The notes: generated by a model from the letters alone, not told the origin. Positions 22,732-32,597 are shown, numbered from the stretch's first letter. The stretch is DNA of 64,000 bases from Pyrinomonadaceae bacterium (GCA_046313635.1 JBKBYA010000002.1:448001-512000); one strand, 5' to 3'. Made by a program: numbers and translations.

Positions 22732-24060
22732 TTAACAAGCCTCCCCGTACAGCGAATTGGTCTTGACCGCCGTGATCCGCACGTCAAAGATCTTTCCGAT
22801 CATCTCTTCGCCGCCCCCGAAGTTGACGACCTTGTGACAGGTCGAATGACCGGTGATGTCGTCGGCCGACTTGGCCGAGACGCCCTCGGCGAGTACTTTG
22901 ATCGTCCGGCCCACGTAACGCTGCAGATGTTTATCCTGGATCGCACGCTGCCGCCGCTCGAGCTCGAGAAACCGCTCGGTCTTTTGCTGCGGCGTGACGT
23001 CGTCGGGCATCTCGTAAGCAGGCGTGCCGGGCCGCGGCGAGTACTTGAATATGTACGCGCTGTCGTAACCGACGTAGTCGAACAGCTCGACCGTCTGACG
23101 AAAGTCCTCGTCCGTCTCGCCCGGAAAGCCGACGATGATATCGGTCGTCAGAGCGATGTCGCGTCGCGACGACTTGATGCGGTCGATCTTTTTCTTGTAC
23201 GAGTCGATCGTGTGTCCGCGACGCATCGCGCGCAGCACTCGGTCGCTGCCCGACTGGACGGGCAGATGGACCCAGTTGCAGAGATTCTCGTGCTCTTCCA
23301 TCGCGTCGACGATGTCGGCGTGAAAGTCGCGCGGGAACGAGGTCGTGAACTTCACCCGCTCGATGCCGGTCGCCGCAACGGCGCGCAGCAGACGCGAGAA
23401 CGGTGTCTTGCCCGGGAACATCTCCATTCCCGAATCGGACTGCGGCCGGTAGCTGTTGACGTTCTGCCCGATGAGATGAACCTCCTTGACGCCCTGACGA
23501 CGTAGCTCGAGCACCTGCCTGACGATCTCGGACGCGAGCAGGCTGCGTTCCCTGCCGCGCGAAAAAGGCACGATGCAGTACGTGCAAAACTTGTTGCAGC
23601 CCTCGATGATCGGGACGAAGGCGACGTGCCTAGAATGACGTTGATTTTCGGCGACCGCCCAGTCGTAATCGATGTCGCGCTCGCCGAGATCGGAGACTCG
23701 CCGGTTGTCGTGAAGTACCTTTGCGATGGCGTCGCCGACGCGTCCGACGGCGCGCGTTCCGATCACGAAATCGACCGCCGAGCTGCGCGAAAAGAGCGTC
23801 TCGCCCTCGAGCTGCGCGACGCAGCCCATCACGCCGACGAGCGGTTTTGTTTCTCTCTCTGAATTCTTGATGCGGCCGATCTGCGTGTAGAGTTTTTGCT
23901 CGGCTTTTTCGCGGACGGAGCAGGTATTTATCAGTACGATGTCGGCGGAATCGGCGTCTTTAGTTATCTCGTAACCCTGTGAGACGAGCGACGTCGCGAC
24001 CCTTTCCGAGTCGGAGACATTCATTTGACAGCCGTATGTTTCCAGATAAACTTTCTTCAT
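22732..24060 (-). CDS. miaB: tRNA-2-methylthio-N6-dimethylallyladenosine synthase MiaB
   Basis: TYGCQMN..DSE, NTCSVREKAE, CNKFCTYC, GQNVNSY, TRAM-like C-terminus. Confidence 0.96.
   Translation of the reverse strand: MKKVYLETYGCQMNVSDSERVATSLVSQGYEITKDADSADIVLINTCSVREKAEQKLYTQIGRIKNSERETKPLVGVMGCVAQLEGETLFSRSSAVDFVIGTRAVGRVGDAIAKVLHDNRRVSDLGERDIDYDWAVAENQRHSRHVAFVPIIEGCNKFCTYCIVPFSRGRERSLLASEIVRQVLELRRQGVKEVHLIGQNVNSYRPQSDSGMEMFPGKTPFSRLLRAVAATGIERVKFTTSFPRDFHADIVDAMEEHENLCNWVHLPVQSGSDRVLRAMRRGHTIDSYKKKIDRIKSSRRDIALTTDIIVGFPGETDEDFRQTVELFDYVGYDSAYIFKYSPRPGTPAYEMPDDVTPQQKTERFLELERRQRAIQDKHLQRYVGRTIKVLAEGVSAKSADDITGHSTCHKVVNFGGGEEMIGKIFDVRITAVKTNSLYGEAC
24025..24052 (+). promoter_or_regulatory. 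Candidate dnaE promoter inside miaB coding sequence
   Basis: TTGACA-16 bp-TAAACT ending 10 nt before dnaE ATG. Confidence 0.55.
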
Positions 24061-24062
24061 CT

Positions 24063-27000
24063 ATGGCGCTCGACCCGGCCGATCTAAACTTCAGATCGAG
24101 AGATTTCGTTCACCTTCACCTGCACACCGATTATAGCCTCTTGCAGGCGGCAATCCAACTAAAGCCTCTCGCGAAGCGTCTGGCCGAACTCGAGATGCGC
24201 GCATGCGCGATAACCGACTACGGAAACATGTACGGTGCCGTCTCCTTCTACAACACGATGAAGGGCAGCGGCATTCATCCGATCGTCGGATACGAGGCGA
24301 TCGTGACGACCGGCAGCCGTTTCGACCGCGGCTCGTCGGTCGCCGCGGGCGAACGTCCGTACTACCATCTCGTGCTTTTGGCAAAGGATTTTGAGGGTTA
24401 TCAGAATCTCGTTTGGCTCGCTTCGAAAGCCTTTACCGAGGGCTTTCATCACAAGCCGCGCATCGACTTTGAACTGCTCGCCGAGCGCTCGAAAGGACTC
24501 GTCGCGCTGTCGTCGGGCTTCGATGGTTTTGTCTGCCATCATCTCCGCAGCGGCAACGAGAGCAAGGCGCTTGAATACGCCGGCCGGCTCACCGACATCT
24601 TTGGCAGGGACGGCGTCTATCTCGAGATCCAGGACCACGGACTCGACGAGCAGCGCAGCATCAACCGGTGCGTTGTCGAGCTTTCCAAAAAGACGGGCCT
24701 GCCGCTCGTCGCGACCAATGACGCTCATTACCTTACGCCGGAAGATTCGGCCGCGCACGACGTGCTCGTCTGCATCGGCGAGGGCCGCACGCTTGACAGG
24801 AACGCGGGGCCCGCGCTCGGCTCGCGCAACTTCTACGTCAGGTCCGCCGACGAGATGTGGGCGATCTTTGGCGACGAGCTGCCCGAGGCGCTCAAAAATA
24901 CCTGCCGCATCGCGGAGATGTGCCGGCTCAAGATCCCGACCGGTGAAGGCAATCTCACGCTGCCGACATTCCCCATCCCGGTCGACAGCGGATGCTCGAC
25001 GACCGACGAGTATTTTGAGAAGGTCGTCCGCGACGGATTTGCCGAGCGCGAGCGCACCGTCTGGCAGCCGATGCAGGCGGCCGGAATGCTCAAGTACGAC
25101 CTCGACACATATCACAAGCGGCTGCAGATCGAGCTCGACACGATCAGGAACATGGGCTTCCCGGGTTACTTTCTGATCGTCTGGGAGTTCATCAATTACG
25201 CGAAGCAAAAAGGAATTCCGGTCGGTCCCGGCCGCGGTTCGGCGGCGGGCTCGCTCGCCGCGTACTGCATGCAGATCACCGATGTCGACCCGATCCAGTA
25301 CGACCTGCTGTTTGAGCGATTCCTCAATCCGGAACGCGTATCGATGCCGGATATCGATATCGACTTCTGCATCCGCGGCCGCGGCGACGTGATCAATCAC
25401 GTGACCGAATTCTACGGCCGCGAATCGGTCTGCCAGATCATCACCTTCGGAACGATGGCGTCAAAGGCCGCGATCAAGGACGTCGGACGCGCTCTCGAGA
25501 TGCCGTTGCGCGACGTCGAGCGGATCGCGAAGCTCATCCCGCCGCCGTTTCGCGGCCGCAACATCAGCATCTCGCAGGCGCTCGAGCAGGTGCCCGAGCT
25601 GGCGTCGGCCTTCAAGACCGATCCGGCAGTCAAGGAGCTGGTCGATCTCGCGCTGCAGCTCGAGGGCTGCTCGCGTCACACTTCGGTCCACGCCGCGGGC
25701 GTCGTCATCTCGCCAAAGCCGCTTCACGAGATCGTGCCGGTCGCCGTCTCGGCCAAGAGCGAACTTACGAGCCAGTACACAATGGGCGATCTCGAAAAGG
25801 TCGGGATGCTCAAGATGGACTTTCTCGCCCTGACGACGCTGACGATCATCGACGACTGCCTCAAGACTCTCAAAGAAAAGAAGGGCGTCGAGATCGAATG
25901 GAGCACCATACCGCTCAACGATCCCGAGACGATGAAGCTCTTTGGCGAGGGCCGCACCGAGGCGATCTTCCAGTTCGAATCTTCGGGCATGCAGGAGATC
26001 TGCCGCCGCCTCAAGCCAAAAGAGCTCGAAGACCTCGCCGCCTTGAACGCTCTCTATCGTCCCGGCCCGCTCGACGGCGGAATGATCGACGACTACATCG
26101 CGCGCCACCACGGCAAAAAGAAGGTCACGTATCTCGTCCCGCAGATGGAGGACATTCTGAAGAATACCTTCGGCGTGCTCGTCTATCAGGAACAGATCAT
26201 GCAGCTCGCGCAAAAGCTCGCCGGCTACAGCCTCGGCGACGCCGACCTGATGCGCCGCGCGATGGGCAAAAAGAAGCGCGAGGAGATGGCCGTCCACGAG
26301 GAAAAGTTCATTTCGGGCGCGGTCGAGCGCGGCATTCCAAAGGCGAAGGCGGAAGAGATCTTTCGCCTTATGGCGCAGTTTGCCGATTACGGCTTCAACC
26401 GCAGCCACTCGATCGCGTACGCGTACCTTGCGTTTCAGACCGCGTATCTCAAGGCTCATTATCCGTCGTTCTTTTACGCGGCTGTTCTCTCGCACGAAGC
26501 GCAGGACAGCTCGAAGGTCTACAAGTACACCAAGGAGCTGATGTCGATCGGGATGAAGCTGCTGCCGCCGGACGTCAACGAGAGCGACGACGGGTTTACG
26601 CCGCTCGACGACGCGGTGCGGTTCGGCCTGACGGCGATCAAGGGCATCGGCCAGGCGAGCGTCGTGTCGATCATCGAGGCCCGGAAGGCGGGGCCGTTCA
26701 CTTCGGTTTTTGACTTTGTCTCGCGCGTCGAGCCCGCGTCGCTCAACCGCCGGGCGCTGGAGAGTCTGATCACGGCGGGAGCGCTCGATTCGCTTATGCC
26801 CGAGGAGATGTCGATCAACCGCTACCGCGCGCTGCTCTTTAACGGCATCGCGCAGATCATGCAGATCGGCCAGCGAAGCTGGGAAGACCGCACGCGCGGA
26901 CAAAGCGGCCTTTTTGCGATGGCGGCCGAGGCGAGCGCACCGGCCGCGGACGTCGCCAGCCTGCCGCCGTGCGACGAATGGTCGCAGGGCGAGCTTTCAA

Positions 27001-27608
27001 AATACGAAAAGTCCGCGCTCGGCTTTTACCTCGCCGCGCATCCGCTCGACACCTACGAGGAGATGATCGCCGAGCTCAAGCTCAAAAAGCTCGGCGACTA
27101 CGAGCAGCTCTCGAGCGGCGACACGGTCCAGCTGGCGGGATTGGTCTCGGGTTTTCAGGTTCGTTATAGTAAGAAAGGCAATCGATTTTGCATGTTCAGG
27201 CTCGAGGACCAGTCGGGCGGCATCAAGTGCATCGCGTGGGGTGAGACGTTCTCTAAATTCTCAGACCTGCTGCGCGACGACGAGGTGATCCTCGCGACCG
27301 GCCGCATCGAGGGAGCCGAGAATCAGGACGAGACCCTGATCCTCGACGAGATCAAGCTGCTCGCCGACGTCGGGCCGATGCGGGCAAAAGAGGCGACGAT
27401 CATTCTGCCGCGCTCGCTCGACGAGGCGACTCTCGAGGAGATCTTCAAGCTGCTTAGCCGCCAGCGCGGCGACTGCGGCGTATCGTTAAAGGTCGAGGCC
27501 GACGGCGTATGCGCGACGATAAGCCCGCCGCAGCTGCGGATCAAGGGGTCGAGCCGTCTCGCCCGCGAGCTCGAGGGCCGCGGCTGCAGCATCGATTGGG
27601 TCCTTTAA
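24063..27608 (+). CDS. dnaE: DNA polymerase III alpha subunit
   Basis: FVHLHLHTDYSLL, GPGRGSAAGS, PDIDIDF, KMDFL, YGFNRSH; ATG at 24063. Confidence 0.96.
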   Translation: MALDPADLNFRSRDFVHLHLHTDYSLLQAAIQLKPLAKRLAELEMRACAITDYGNMYGAVSFYNTMKGSGIHPIVGYEAIVTTGSRFDRGSSVAAGERPYYHLVLLAKDFEGYQNLVWLASKAFTEGFHHKPRIDFELLAERSKGLVALSSGFDGFVCHHLRSGNESKALEYAGRLTDIFGRDGVYLEIQDHGLDEQRSINRCVVELSKKTGLPLVATNDAHYLTPEDSAAHDVLVCIGEGRTLDRNAGPALGSRNFYVRSADEMWAIFGDELPEALKNTCRIAEMCRLKIPTGEGNLTLPTFPIPVDSGCSTTDEYFEKVVRDGFAERERTVWQPMQAAGMLKYDLDTYHKRLQIELDTIRNMGFPGYFLIVWEFINYAKQKGIPVGPGRGSAAGSLAAYCMQITDVDPIQYDLLFERFLNPERVSMPDIDIDFCIRGRGDVINHVTEFYGRESVCQIITFGTMASKAAIKDVGRALEMPLRDVERIAKLIPPPFRGRNISISQALEQVPELASAFKTDPAVKELVDLALQLEGCSRHTSVHAAGVVISPKPLHEIVPVAVSAKSELTSQYTMGDLEKVGMLKMDFLALTTLTIIDDCLKTLKEKKGVEIEWSTIPLNDPETMKLFGEGRTEAIFQFESSGMQEICRRLKPKELEDLAALNALYRPGPLDGGMIDDYIARHHGKKKVTYLVPQMEDILKNTFGVLVYQEQIMQLAQKLAGYSLGDADLMRRAMGKKKREEMAVHEEKFISGAVERGIPKAKAEEIFRLMAQFADYGFNRSHSIAYAYLAFQTAYLKAHYPSFFYAAVLSHEAQDSSKVYKYTKELMSIGMKLLPPDVNESDDGFTPLDDAVRFGLTAIKGIGQASVVSIIEARKAGPFTSVFDFVSRVEPASLNRRALESLITAGALDSLMPEEMSINRYRALLFNGIAQIMQIGQRSWEDRTRGQSGLFAMAAEASAPAADVASLPPCDEWSQGELSKYEKSALGFYLAAHPLDTYEEMIAELKLKKLGDYEQLSSGDTVQLAGLVSGFQVRYSKKGNRFCMFRLEDQSGGIKCIAWGETFSKFSDLLRDDEVILATGRIEGAENQDETLILDEIKLLADVGPMRAKEATIILPRSLDEATLEEIFKLLSRQRGDCGVSLKVEADGVCATISPPQLRIKGSSRLARELEGRGCSIDWVL
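24130..24158 (-). promoter_or_regulatory. Candidate miaB-operon promoter inside dnaE coding sequence
   Basis: TTGGAT-17 bp-TATAAT on minus strand. Confidence 0.5.
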
Positions 27609-27611
27609 GAA

Positions 27612-28427
27612 ATGTCTACAACCGAGATCACAGCTTTTGACCGCGTGCTGCGTGCCCGTCATCCGAGCAGGCCGTATTCGCTTGATCTTTTCGATACGGT
27701 CTTTACCGATTTTGTCGAGATCCACGGCGACCGCCGCTACGCCGACGACGCGGCGATCGTCTGCGGCTTTGCGCGGCTCGACGGTCAGGAGGTCGCCGTC
27801 ATCGGTCAGCAAAAGGGACGCGACATCAATCAGCGACGCCTGCGCAACTTTGCGATGACAAAGCCCGAGGGCTACCGCAAAGCTCTGCGCGTGATGCGGC
27901 TGGCCGAGAAGTTCGGCCGCCCGATCGTGACGTTTATCGACACGCCCGGAGCCTATCCAGGCATCGACGCCGAAGAACGCGGTCAGGCCGAGGCGATCGC
28001 ATTCAACCTGCGTGAGATGGCCGCGCTTCGAGTTCCGATCGTAGCGGTCGTGCTCGGCGAAGGTGGCTCGGGCGGGGCGCTCGCGATCGGCATCGCCGAC
28101 CGCATCCTGATGATGGAGAACGCCGTCTATTCGGTGATCAGCCCCGAGGGCTGCGCGTCGATCCTTTGGAAGGACGCGAGCCAGGCTGCGCGTGCGGCGG
28201 CGTGCCTGCGTCTGACGGCCGACGATCTCAAAGAGTTCGGCGTGATCGACGACATCGTTCCCGAGCCGGTCGATTGGACGGTCGAGGACGAGGAGAGTTT
28301 TGCGAAGATCAACGGCGATTTGAAGGACGCGATCGTCCGCCAGCTCGGCGAGCTGAAAAAGATCGACGGCGAGGAGTTGGTCGACAAGCGTTATCAAAAG
28401 TTCAGAAAGATGGGATCGTGGATCTGA
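27612..28427 (+). CDS. accA: Acetyl-CoA carboxylase carboxyltransferase alpha subunit
   Basis: HGDR, PEGYRKA, IDTPGAYPG, GEGGSGGA, YSVISPEG; short form lacking N-terminal helices. Confidence 0.95.
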   Translation: MSTTEITAFDRVLRARHPSRPYSLDLFDTVFTDFVEIHGDRRYADDAAIVCGFARLDGQEVAVIGQQKGRDINQRRLRNFAMTKPEGYRKALRVMRLAEKFGRPIVTFIDTPGAYPGIDAEERGQAEAIAFNLREMAALRVPIVAVVLGEGGSGGALAIGIADRILMMENAVYSVISPEGCASILWKDASQAARAAACLRLTADDLKEFGVIDDIVPEPVDWTVEDEESFAKINGDLKDAIVRQLGELKKIDGEELVDKRYQKFRKMGSWI

Positions 28428-28446
28428 GTAGATCTACAAAAGAACG

Positions 28447-28474
28447 AAACCCTTGCTCGACGGAGCAAGGGTTT
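28447..28474. terminator. Bidirectional terminator
   Basis: aaacccttgctc-gacg-gagcaagggttt between accA and ssb. Confidence 0.8.
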
Positions 28475-28501
28475 TGTGTTTCCGAACCTGAGATATCCGA
28501 T

Positions 28502-28954
28502 CTAGAACGGGATATCGTCGTCCGCCGCCGGAGCGGCCGCGGTCGATGATCCCGCCGATGCGGCAGAGCTTTGCGATTCGAAGCCTCCGGCTTCGCCCTG
28601 ATCGCCGCCAAAGTCCTCCGAACGCGAACCGCCGCCGAGAAACTGCATGTCCGTCGCCTGCACGTCGAGCGTGTAACGCGTGTTGCCGTCGCGGTCGGTC
28701 CATTCCTCGACGCGGAGGCGGCCTTCGATATAGACGGGGCTTCCCTTCGTCAGATACTTCGAGGCGTTCTCCGCCTGCTGGCGCCAGAGCGTGACCTTGA
28801 ACCACGTCGTCACGTCGTGCGACTCGCCCGATTTGTCGCGACGCTTCTCGTTGGTCGCGACCGAAAAGCTGCACACAGCGACGCCCTGCGGCGTGTAGCG
28901 AAGCTCGGGATCGCGACCCAAATTGCCGACAATAATGATCTTGTTAAAGGACAT
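28502..28954 (-). CDS. ssb: Single-stranded DNA-binding protein
   Basis: NKIIIVGNLGRDPE, YIEGRL, C-terminal DDDIPF. Confidence 0.96.
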   Translation of the reverse strand: MSFNKIIIVGNLGRDPELRYTPQGVAVCSFSVATNEKRRDKSGESHDVTTWFKVTLWRQQAENASKYLTKGSPVYIEGRLRVEEWTDRDGNTRYTLDVQATDMQFLGGGSRSEDFGGDQGEAGGFESQSSAASAGSSTAAAPAADDDIPF

Positions 28955-29099
28955 TTGTGAAAGATCTCCTTCTCTTGTATTGATTGAGCGAACGAATTCG
29001 GATGTTACATTCATCCATCTGGTCGGTCAAGTTGGTCTTAGAATAGGGCTTGAAGATGCGTAAAAGTCATTGCGCCGGCCGTGCGGCCTCGATCACCGA

Positions 29100-30170
29100 A
29101 TGAATTCACATCTCAAAATTCCCCTCTACATGCTGGTCGCGATGTGCCTTTGCCTGCTGCACGGTCTCGGCACCGCGCGCGCTCAGGATCACGACGGCAG
29201 CGTCGTCGTGCCGCGACAGTGTTGGAGCTACGCGACCTCCGATCTCGACGCGCGGCCGAGCGTCGTGGACGCGGCAAATGTCTACTTTACGGAAAAGAAC
29301 GACCGCGTAACGGCGGTCTCTCTCGTTGACGGCGTTCGAGTCTGGTCGACCGAACTTGACGGCCCGGTCGTTTCTAACCTGGTCGTCAACGGCTCTACTC
29401 TGGCCGCCGCTGTCCTCTCTCGACAAAACAAGCTGGCGATCAAGTCGCTGAGCCTCGTCAGCGGCATCGTGGTCGATTCGACACCGCTCGGCTCCGCCGC
29501 CGGTGCGATACTCGTGCCGTCGGAGCGCGGACTGATCGCTATCGCGGAACGCAGGCTCTTTTTGAATGGCCGCGGCTCGGGTTCGCTGCGAGAGCAGGCC
29601 ACATCGGCAGAAGCAGCGAACGGGCGGATCGGAGTGGCCGGCGAACGGACGGTCTATGTGGGCGACATCGACCTGGCCATCGACGCCAGTCTCGCTGCGG
29701 CGGGCGCGCCCTCGGCATTGGAGTTCACGGGCGACGACATTCTCGTCGGCGACGAACGCGGAGCTCTGGTGCGGGTCGATCTCTCGAACGGCCGGCCGAT
29801 ATGGACGCTTAAGACCGGCGGGCGGATCACGTCGATCGTTCCGACGACACGTTCGGACGCGATCGTCGGCTCATTCGACAACTTCGTTTACCGGGTCGAT
29901 CTGAGCACGGGCCACGTTATCTGGAAAAAGAGACAACAGGGGCGCGTCGCGTACGTCGTGGCGATCGACGACGGGCTTGTCGCCGCATATTCGACGGGCG
30001 GATCGGCGATCGAGTTGATCGATGCCGGTCGAGGCAAAGCTCGCGGGGCTATCACGCTGGCCGAGGGCGTCGAATTGCTCCAGCCGCCGCTCGCTTCGCC
30101 GGGCGGGGTGATCGCTGCAACGACCGAAGGCGTCGCTCTCTACAGCACCGGTCCGTGCCCGTCCAAATGA
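29100..30170 (+). CDS. Secreted PQQ-binding-like beta-propeller protein (BamB-like)
   Basis: Signal peptide ending ARA; repeated D...G...W blade motifs. Confidence 0.7.
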   Translation: MNSHLKIPLYMLVAMCLCLLHGLGTARAQDHDGSVVVPRQCWSYATSDLDARPSVVDAANVYFTEKNDRVTAVSLVDGVRVWSTELDGPVVSNLVVNGSTLAAAVLSRQNKLAIKSLSLVSGIVVDSTPLGSAAGAILVPSERGLIAIAERRLFLNGRGSGSLREQATSAEAANGRIGVAGERTVYVGDIDLAIDASLAAAGAPSALEFTGDDILVGDERGALVRVDLSNGRPIWTLKTGGRITSIVPTTRSDAIVGSFDNFVYRVDLSTGHVIWKKRQQGRVAYVVAIDDGLVAAYSTGGSAIELIDAGRGKARGAITLAEGVELLQPPLASPGGVIAATTEGVALYSTGPCPSK

Positions 30171-30171
30171 A

Positions 30172-30198
30172 AAAGCGGAGACCGTCGGCCTCCGCTTT
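30172..30198. terminator. Bidirectional terminator
   Basis: aaagcggag-9 nt-ctccgcttt between convergent genes. Confidence 0.65.
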
Positions 30199-30229
30199 CA
30201 AATGTGGAATTTTTTAATTATCGAGGATG

Positions 30230-30469
30230 CTAGTGCGAAACGCTGTAGTCGTGCATCATCGAGTAGATCTCATCCTTGATCAACAGCTTTTTCTTTTTGA
30301 GGGTAATCTCTTCGAGCTGCTCTTCGTCGCTAGGGTACGTCAGATGGGCCAATTCGCTTAAGCGTCTTTCGTATGCCTGATGCTGGTTAACCAATTCCTT
30401 AAAGGTTGGATTCAGTTTGATCAATTCGTCCCGAACGGCATCAGGAGTTGACAAGTCCATAGCGTGCAT
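30230..30469 (-). CDS. DUF465/YdcH family coiled-coil protein
   Basis: F..L...H...E; LKKKKLLIKDEI. Confidence 0.8.
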   Translation of the reverse strand: MHAMDLSTPDAVRDELIKLNPTFKELVNQHQAYERRLSELAHLTYPSDEEQLEEITLKKKKLLIKDEIYSMMHDYSVSH

Positions 30470-30526
30470 TACCTCACTTTTCAAAGATTTAGACCCGATA
30501 CCAGGCTGGGGTTCGAGATGCCGGGT

Positions 30527-31030
30527 TCACCCTGATGGTAGCCTACTTTCGCGCCGCTTATCAAGCTCTATCTGCCGGCGCGAAGCCTCGAGCACGAGCT
30601 GCATCGTAAACCCGTCCTCGTCCGGATCAGAGTAAAAACGCGGCCGCCGACCGAGCGTGACGAAGCCGTTCTTTTCGTAAAATCGTATCGCCCGAGCGTT
30701 TGAGACACGAACCTCGAGAAGGATCTTTCGTGCCCCGCAGCACAGCGAGCGTCGGACGAATTCGTCCAGCAGTGCCTGAGCGAGGCCCGTTCCCTGCACG
30801 GCCGGCAGAACGCCGATATTGAACAGCTCCATCGAATGCGAATGCGGGTCGACCATTCGTCCGGCCGCGAAACCCTTGACCACGCCGTTGTCCGAGAGCG
30901 TCAGCATCACGGAGTCTCGCTTTTCGATCTCCAGGAGGATGCTCATCGGCGACCAGAGACAGAGATTCAGCGATCGCGATATCTCGATCACGCGGTCGAC
31001 GTCGTCTGCTCGCATTTCCGAGATCTTCAT
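30527..31030 (-). CDS. rimI: RimI-like GNAT acetyltransferase
   Basis: NIGV.P..QG.G, LEVRVSN..A..FY...GF...GRR..FY..P.ED; follows tsaB. Confidence 0.85.
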   Translation of the reverse strand: MKISEMRADDVDRVIEISRSLNLCLWSPMSILLEIEKRDSVMLTLSDNGVVKGFAAGRMVDPHSHSMELFNIGVLPAVQGTGLAQALLDEFVRRSLCCGARKILLEVRVSNARAIRFYEKNGFVTLGRRPRFYSDPDEDGFTMQLVLEASRRQIELDKRRESRLPSG

Positions 31031-31671
31031 TTTCCGACGAGAGGAAGCTGCGCCGGCGGGCGCCGGTCAATAAAGATCGGCGGGCCGGCCGACGTGCCGA
31101 GACCGCGGTCGATCGACCGGCCGACGCAGACCGCGAGATCGGGCCCGACAGAGATCGCGTCCAACCAGACGGGCTTGCGGCGAAAAAGGTCGTCGTAAAG
31201 AAGAAGCGCGCCCGCCGCCTCAAATCGTCCAAAAAGCTCCGCTTCGCCGACTATCGTCGGCCCGTCGACGACCTCGGCCGCATCCGGCGTGCACCGCGTA
31301 GTCTGAAAGCACACCAGATCGCGTCCCATCGGGATCGCGGCCGTTACCTCACCGGACGACACCGTCGTTGCGGCCATCGCCGTAAGAATGGAGATCGACC
31401 GGACCGGTACGCCGAGGCCGCGGCCCAAGCCGGCGGCGGTCGACATGCCGATCCGGATCCCCGTAAAGCTTCCCGGCCCGGCCGAGACCGCGACGGTCGC
31501 GATGTCGGACGTTCTGTGGCCCGATTCGCGGAGCAGTCGTGCGATCGTCGGCAAAAGGTCCTCGGCCCGCGAAATCCCTTCGGTCCCAAACCAGCTTGCA
31601 ATGGCGGATCCGTCCTTTAGCACGGCAACACTGCCGCCGCCGACGGCCGATTCGATCGCTACTGTTATCAT
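31027..31671 (-). CDS. tsaB: tRNA t6A biosynthesis protein TsaB
   Basis: AIES, AVSAGPGSFTGIRIG; start ATG 31671. Confidence 0.9.
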   Translation of the reverse strand: MITVAIESAVGGGSVAVLKDGSAIASWFGTEGISRAEDLLPTIARLLRESGHRTSDIATVAVSAGPGSFTGIRIGMSTAAGLGRGLGVPVRSISILTAMAATTVSSGEVTAAIPMGRDLVCFQTTRCTPDAAEVVDGPTIVGEAELFGRFEAAGALLLYDDLFRRKPVWLDAISVGPDLAVCVGRSIDRGLGTSAGPPIFIDRRPPAQLPLVGK

Positions 31672-31675
31672 CGGT

Positions 31676-32563
31676 TCAAGTATCTCTCGGGAAGACGCGA
31701 TTCCAAAAATACCGGAGACCATCCCTCGCAAACGGCACCGCCCGCCGCGACAAGACCCGCATCTGCGCCCTCCACCGGCCCGGAGCGTCGATATCGCCCT
31801 CGGTCTCGACCAAGGCTCGCAGCCTGTTTGGCGGGAGCCGGCGGCGGGCCTGTTTCAGCAGCAGCGAGAGGTCGCGCGTCGACGTTAGGAGGGGCTCGAT
31901 ACCTCCGCCGAGTCGCCATTCGCGCTCGATGCATTTGACGACCCAGGGCGGTATCCGTTTTGCTTCTTCCTCGATCGGCATTCCGGCGAGCGAGAGGCCC
32001 AGATATCGGCTCGTTATGCCCACCACACACAGGATCCATCGCCGCCGGTGAGGTGCGACGGCATTCAAACAGAGGTCCCAGTCAAAGTTATCCCGACGTG
32101 CCTCGAGCAGGTAATAAATGTCCCAGAGACGATGCTTGTAAACCCCGCCGTTGATCAGCCAATGCGTAGCGAGAATGCGAAGGTGGTCTTCGGCCGCCGG
32201 CACCCGCACTCGTACGCCGTCGATCTCTAAAAACTCGCAGCGATCAAAAACATCCTGCCAAGGCGCCGTATCGAGGAGGCGAAATTCGTCGTGGAGGTCG
32301 ATTCTTAGCGATTCTACCTTTCTGGTAAGTAATATGTTCTTCGCAATTTCGAAATCTGCGGAGTTTACGGCAACGTCGACATCTCCAATCGCCCGCGGAT
32401 ATTCCACTGGAAAGTTCGCTGCGGCTGCAACACCCTTGAAGATGATAGCCTCGATTCCCTCTTGTGTGAGAATTTGGAATGCCTCTCGCGAACGCGTCTT
32501 GACCACGCTGACTTGCAGAGTCGACCATCGACGATCGGTGTCGTTAGCAGGGCTTCGCTGCAT
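31676..32563 (-). CDS. Nucleotidyltransferase family protein (NTP_transf_5-like)
   Basis: IIFKG...YPRAIGDVDVAV, IDLH, H-W...WD motifs. Confidence 0.8.
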   Translation of the reverse strand: MQRSPANDTDRRWSTLQVSVVKTRSREAFQILTQEGIEAIIFKGVAAAANFPVEYPRAIGDVDVAVNSADFEIAKNILLTRKVESLRIDLHDEFRLLDTAPWQDVFDRCEFLEIDGVRVRVPAAEDHLRILATHWLINGGVYKHRLWDIYYLLEARRDNFDWDLCLNAVAPHRRRWILCVVGITSRYLGLSLAGMPIEEEAKRIPPWVVKCIEREWRLGGGIEPLLTSTRDLSLLLKQARRRLPPNRLRALVETEGDIDAPGRWRAQMRVLSRRAVPFARDGLRYFWNRVFPRDT

Positions 32564-32573
32564 ATACGAACTA

Positions 32574-32597
32574 AGGGCAGCGACGGATCGCTGCCCT
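32574..32597 (-). terminator. Perfect 10-bp hairpin downstream of the PqqD-fusion gene
   Basis: agggcagcga-cgga-tcgctgccct; weak U-tract (tagtt) on minus strand. Confidence 0.6.

Noticed and set aside
23979..24062. Extended dnaE start overlapping miaB
   Set aside because: Extension is Arg/Ser-rich antisense of miaB; ATG 24063 fits the conserved N-terminus
25461..26903. 480-aa ORF antisense to dnaE (and similar shadows over ahcY, mutS, glycosyltransferases)
   Set aside because: Mirror-frame artefacts overlapping well-supported genes
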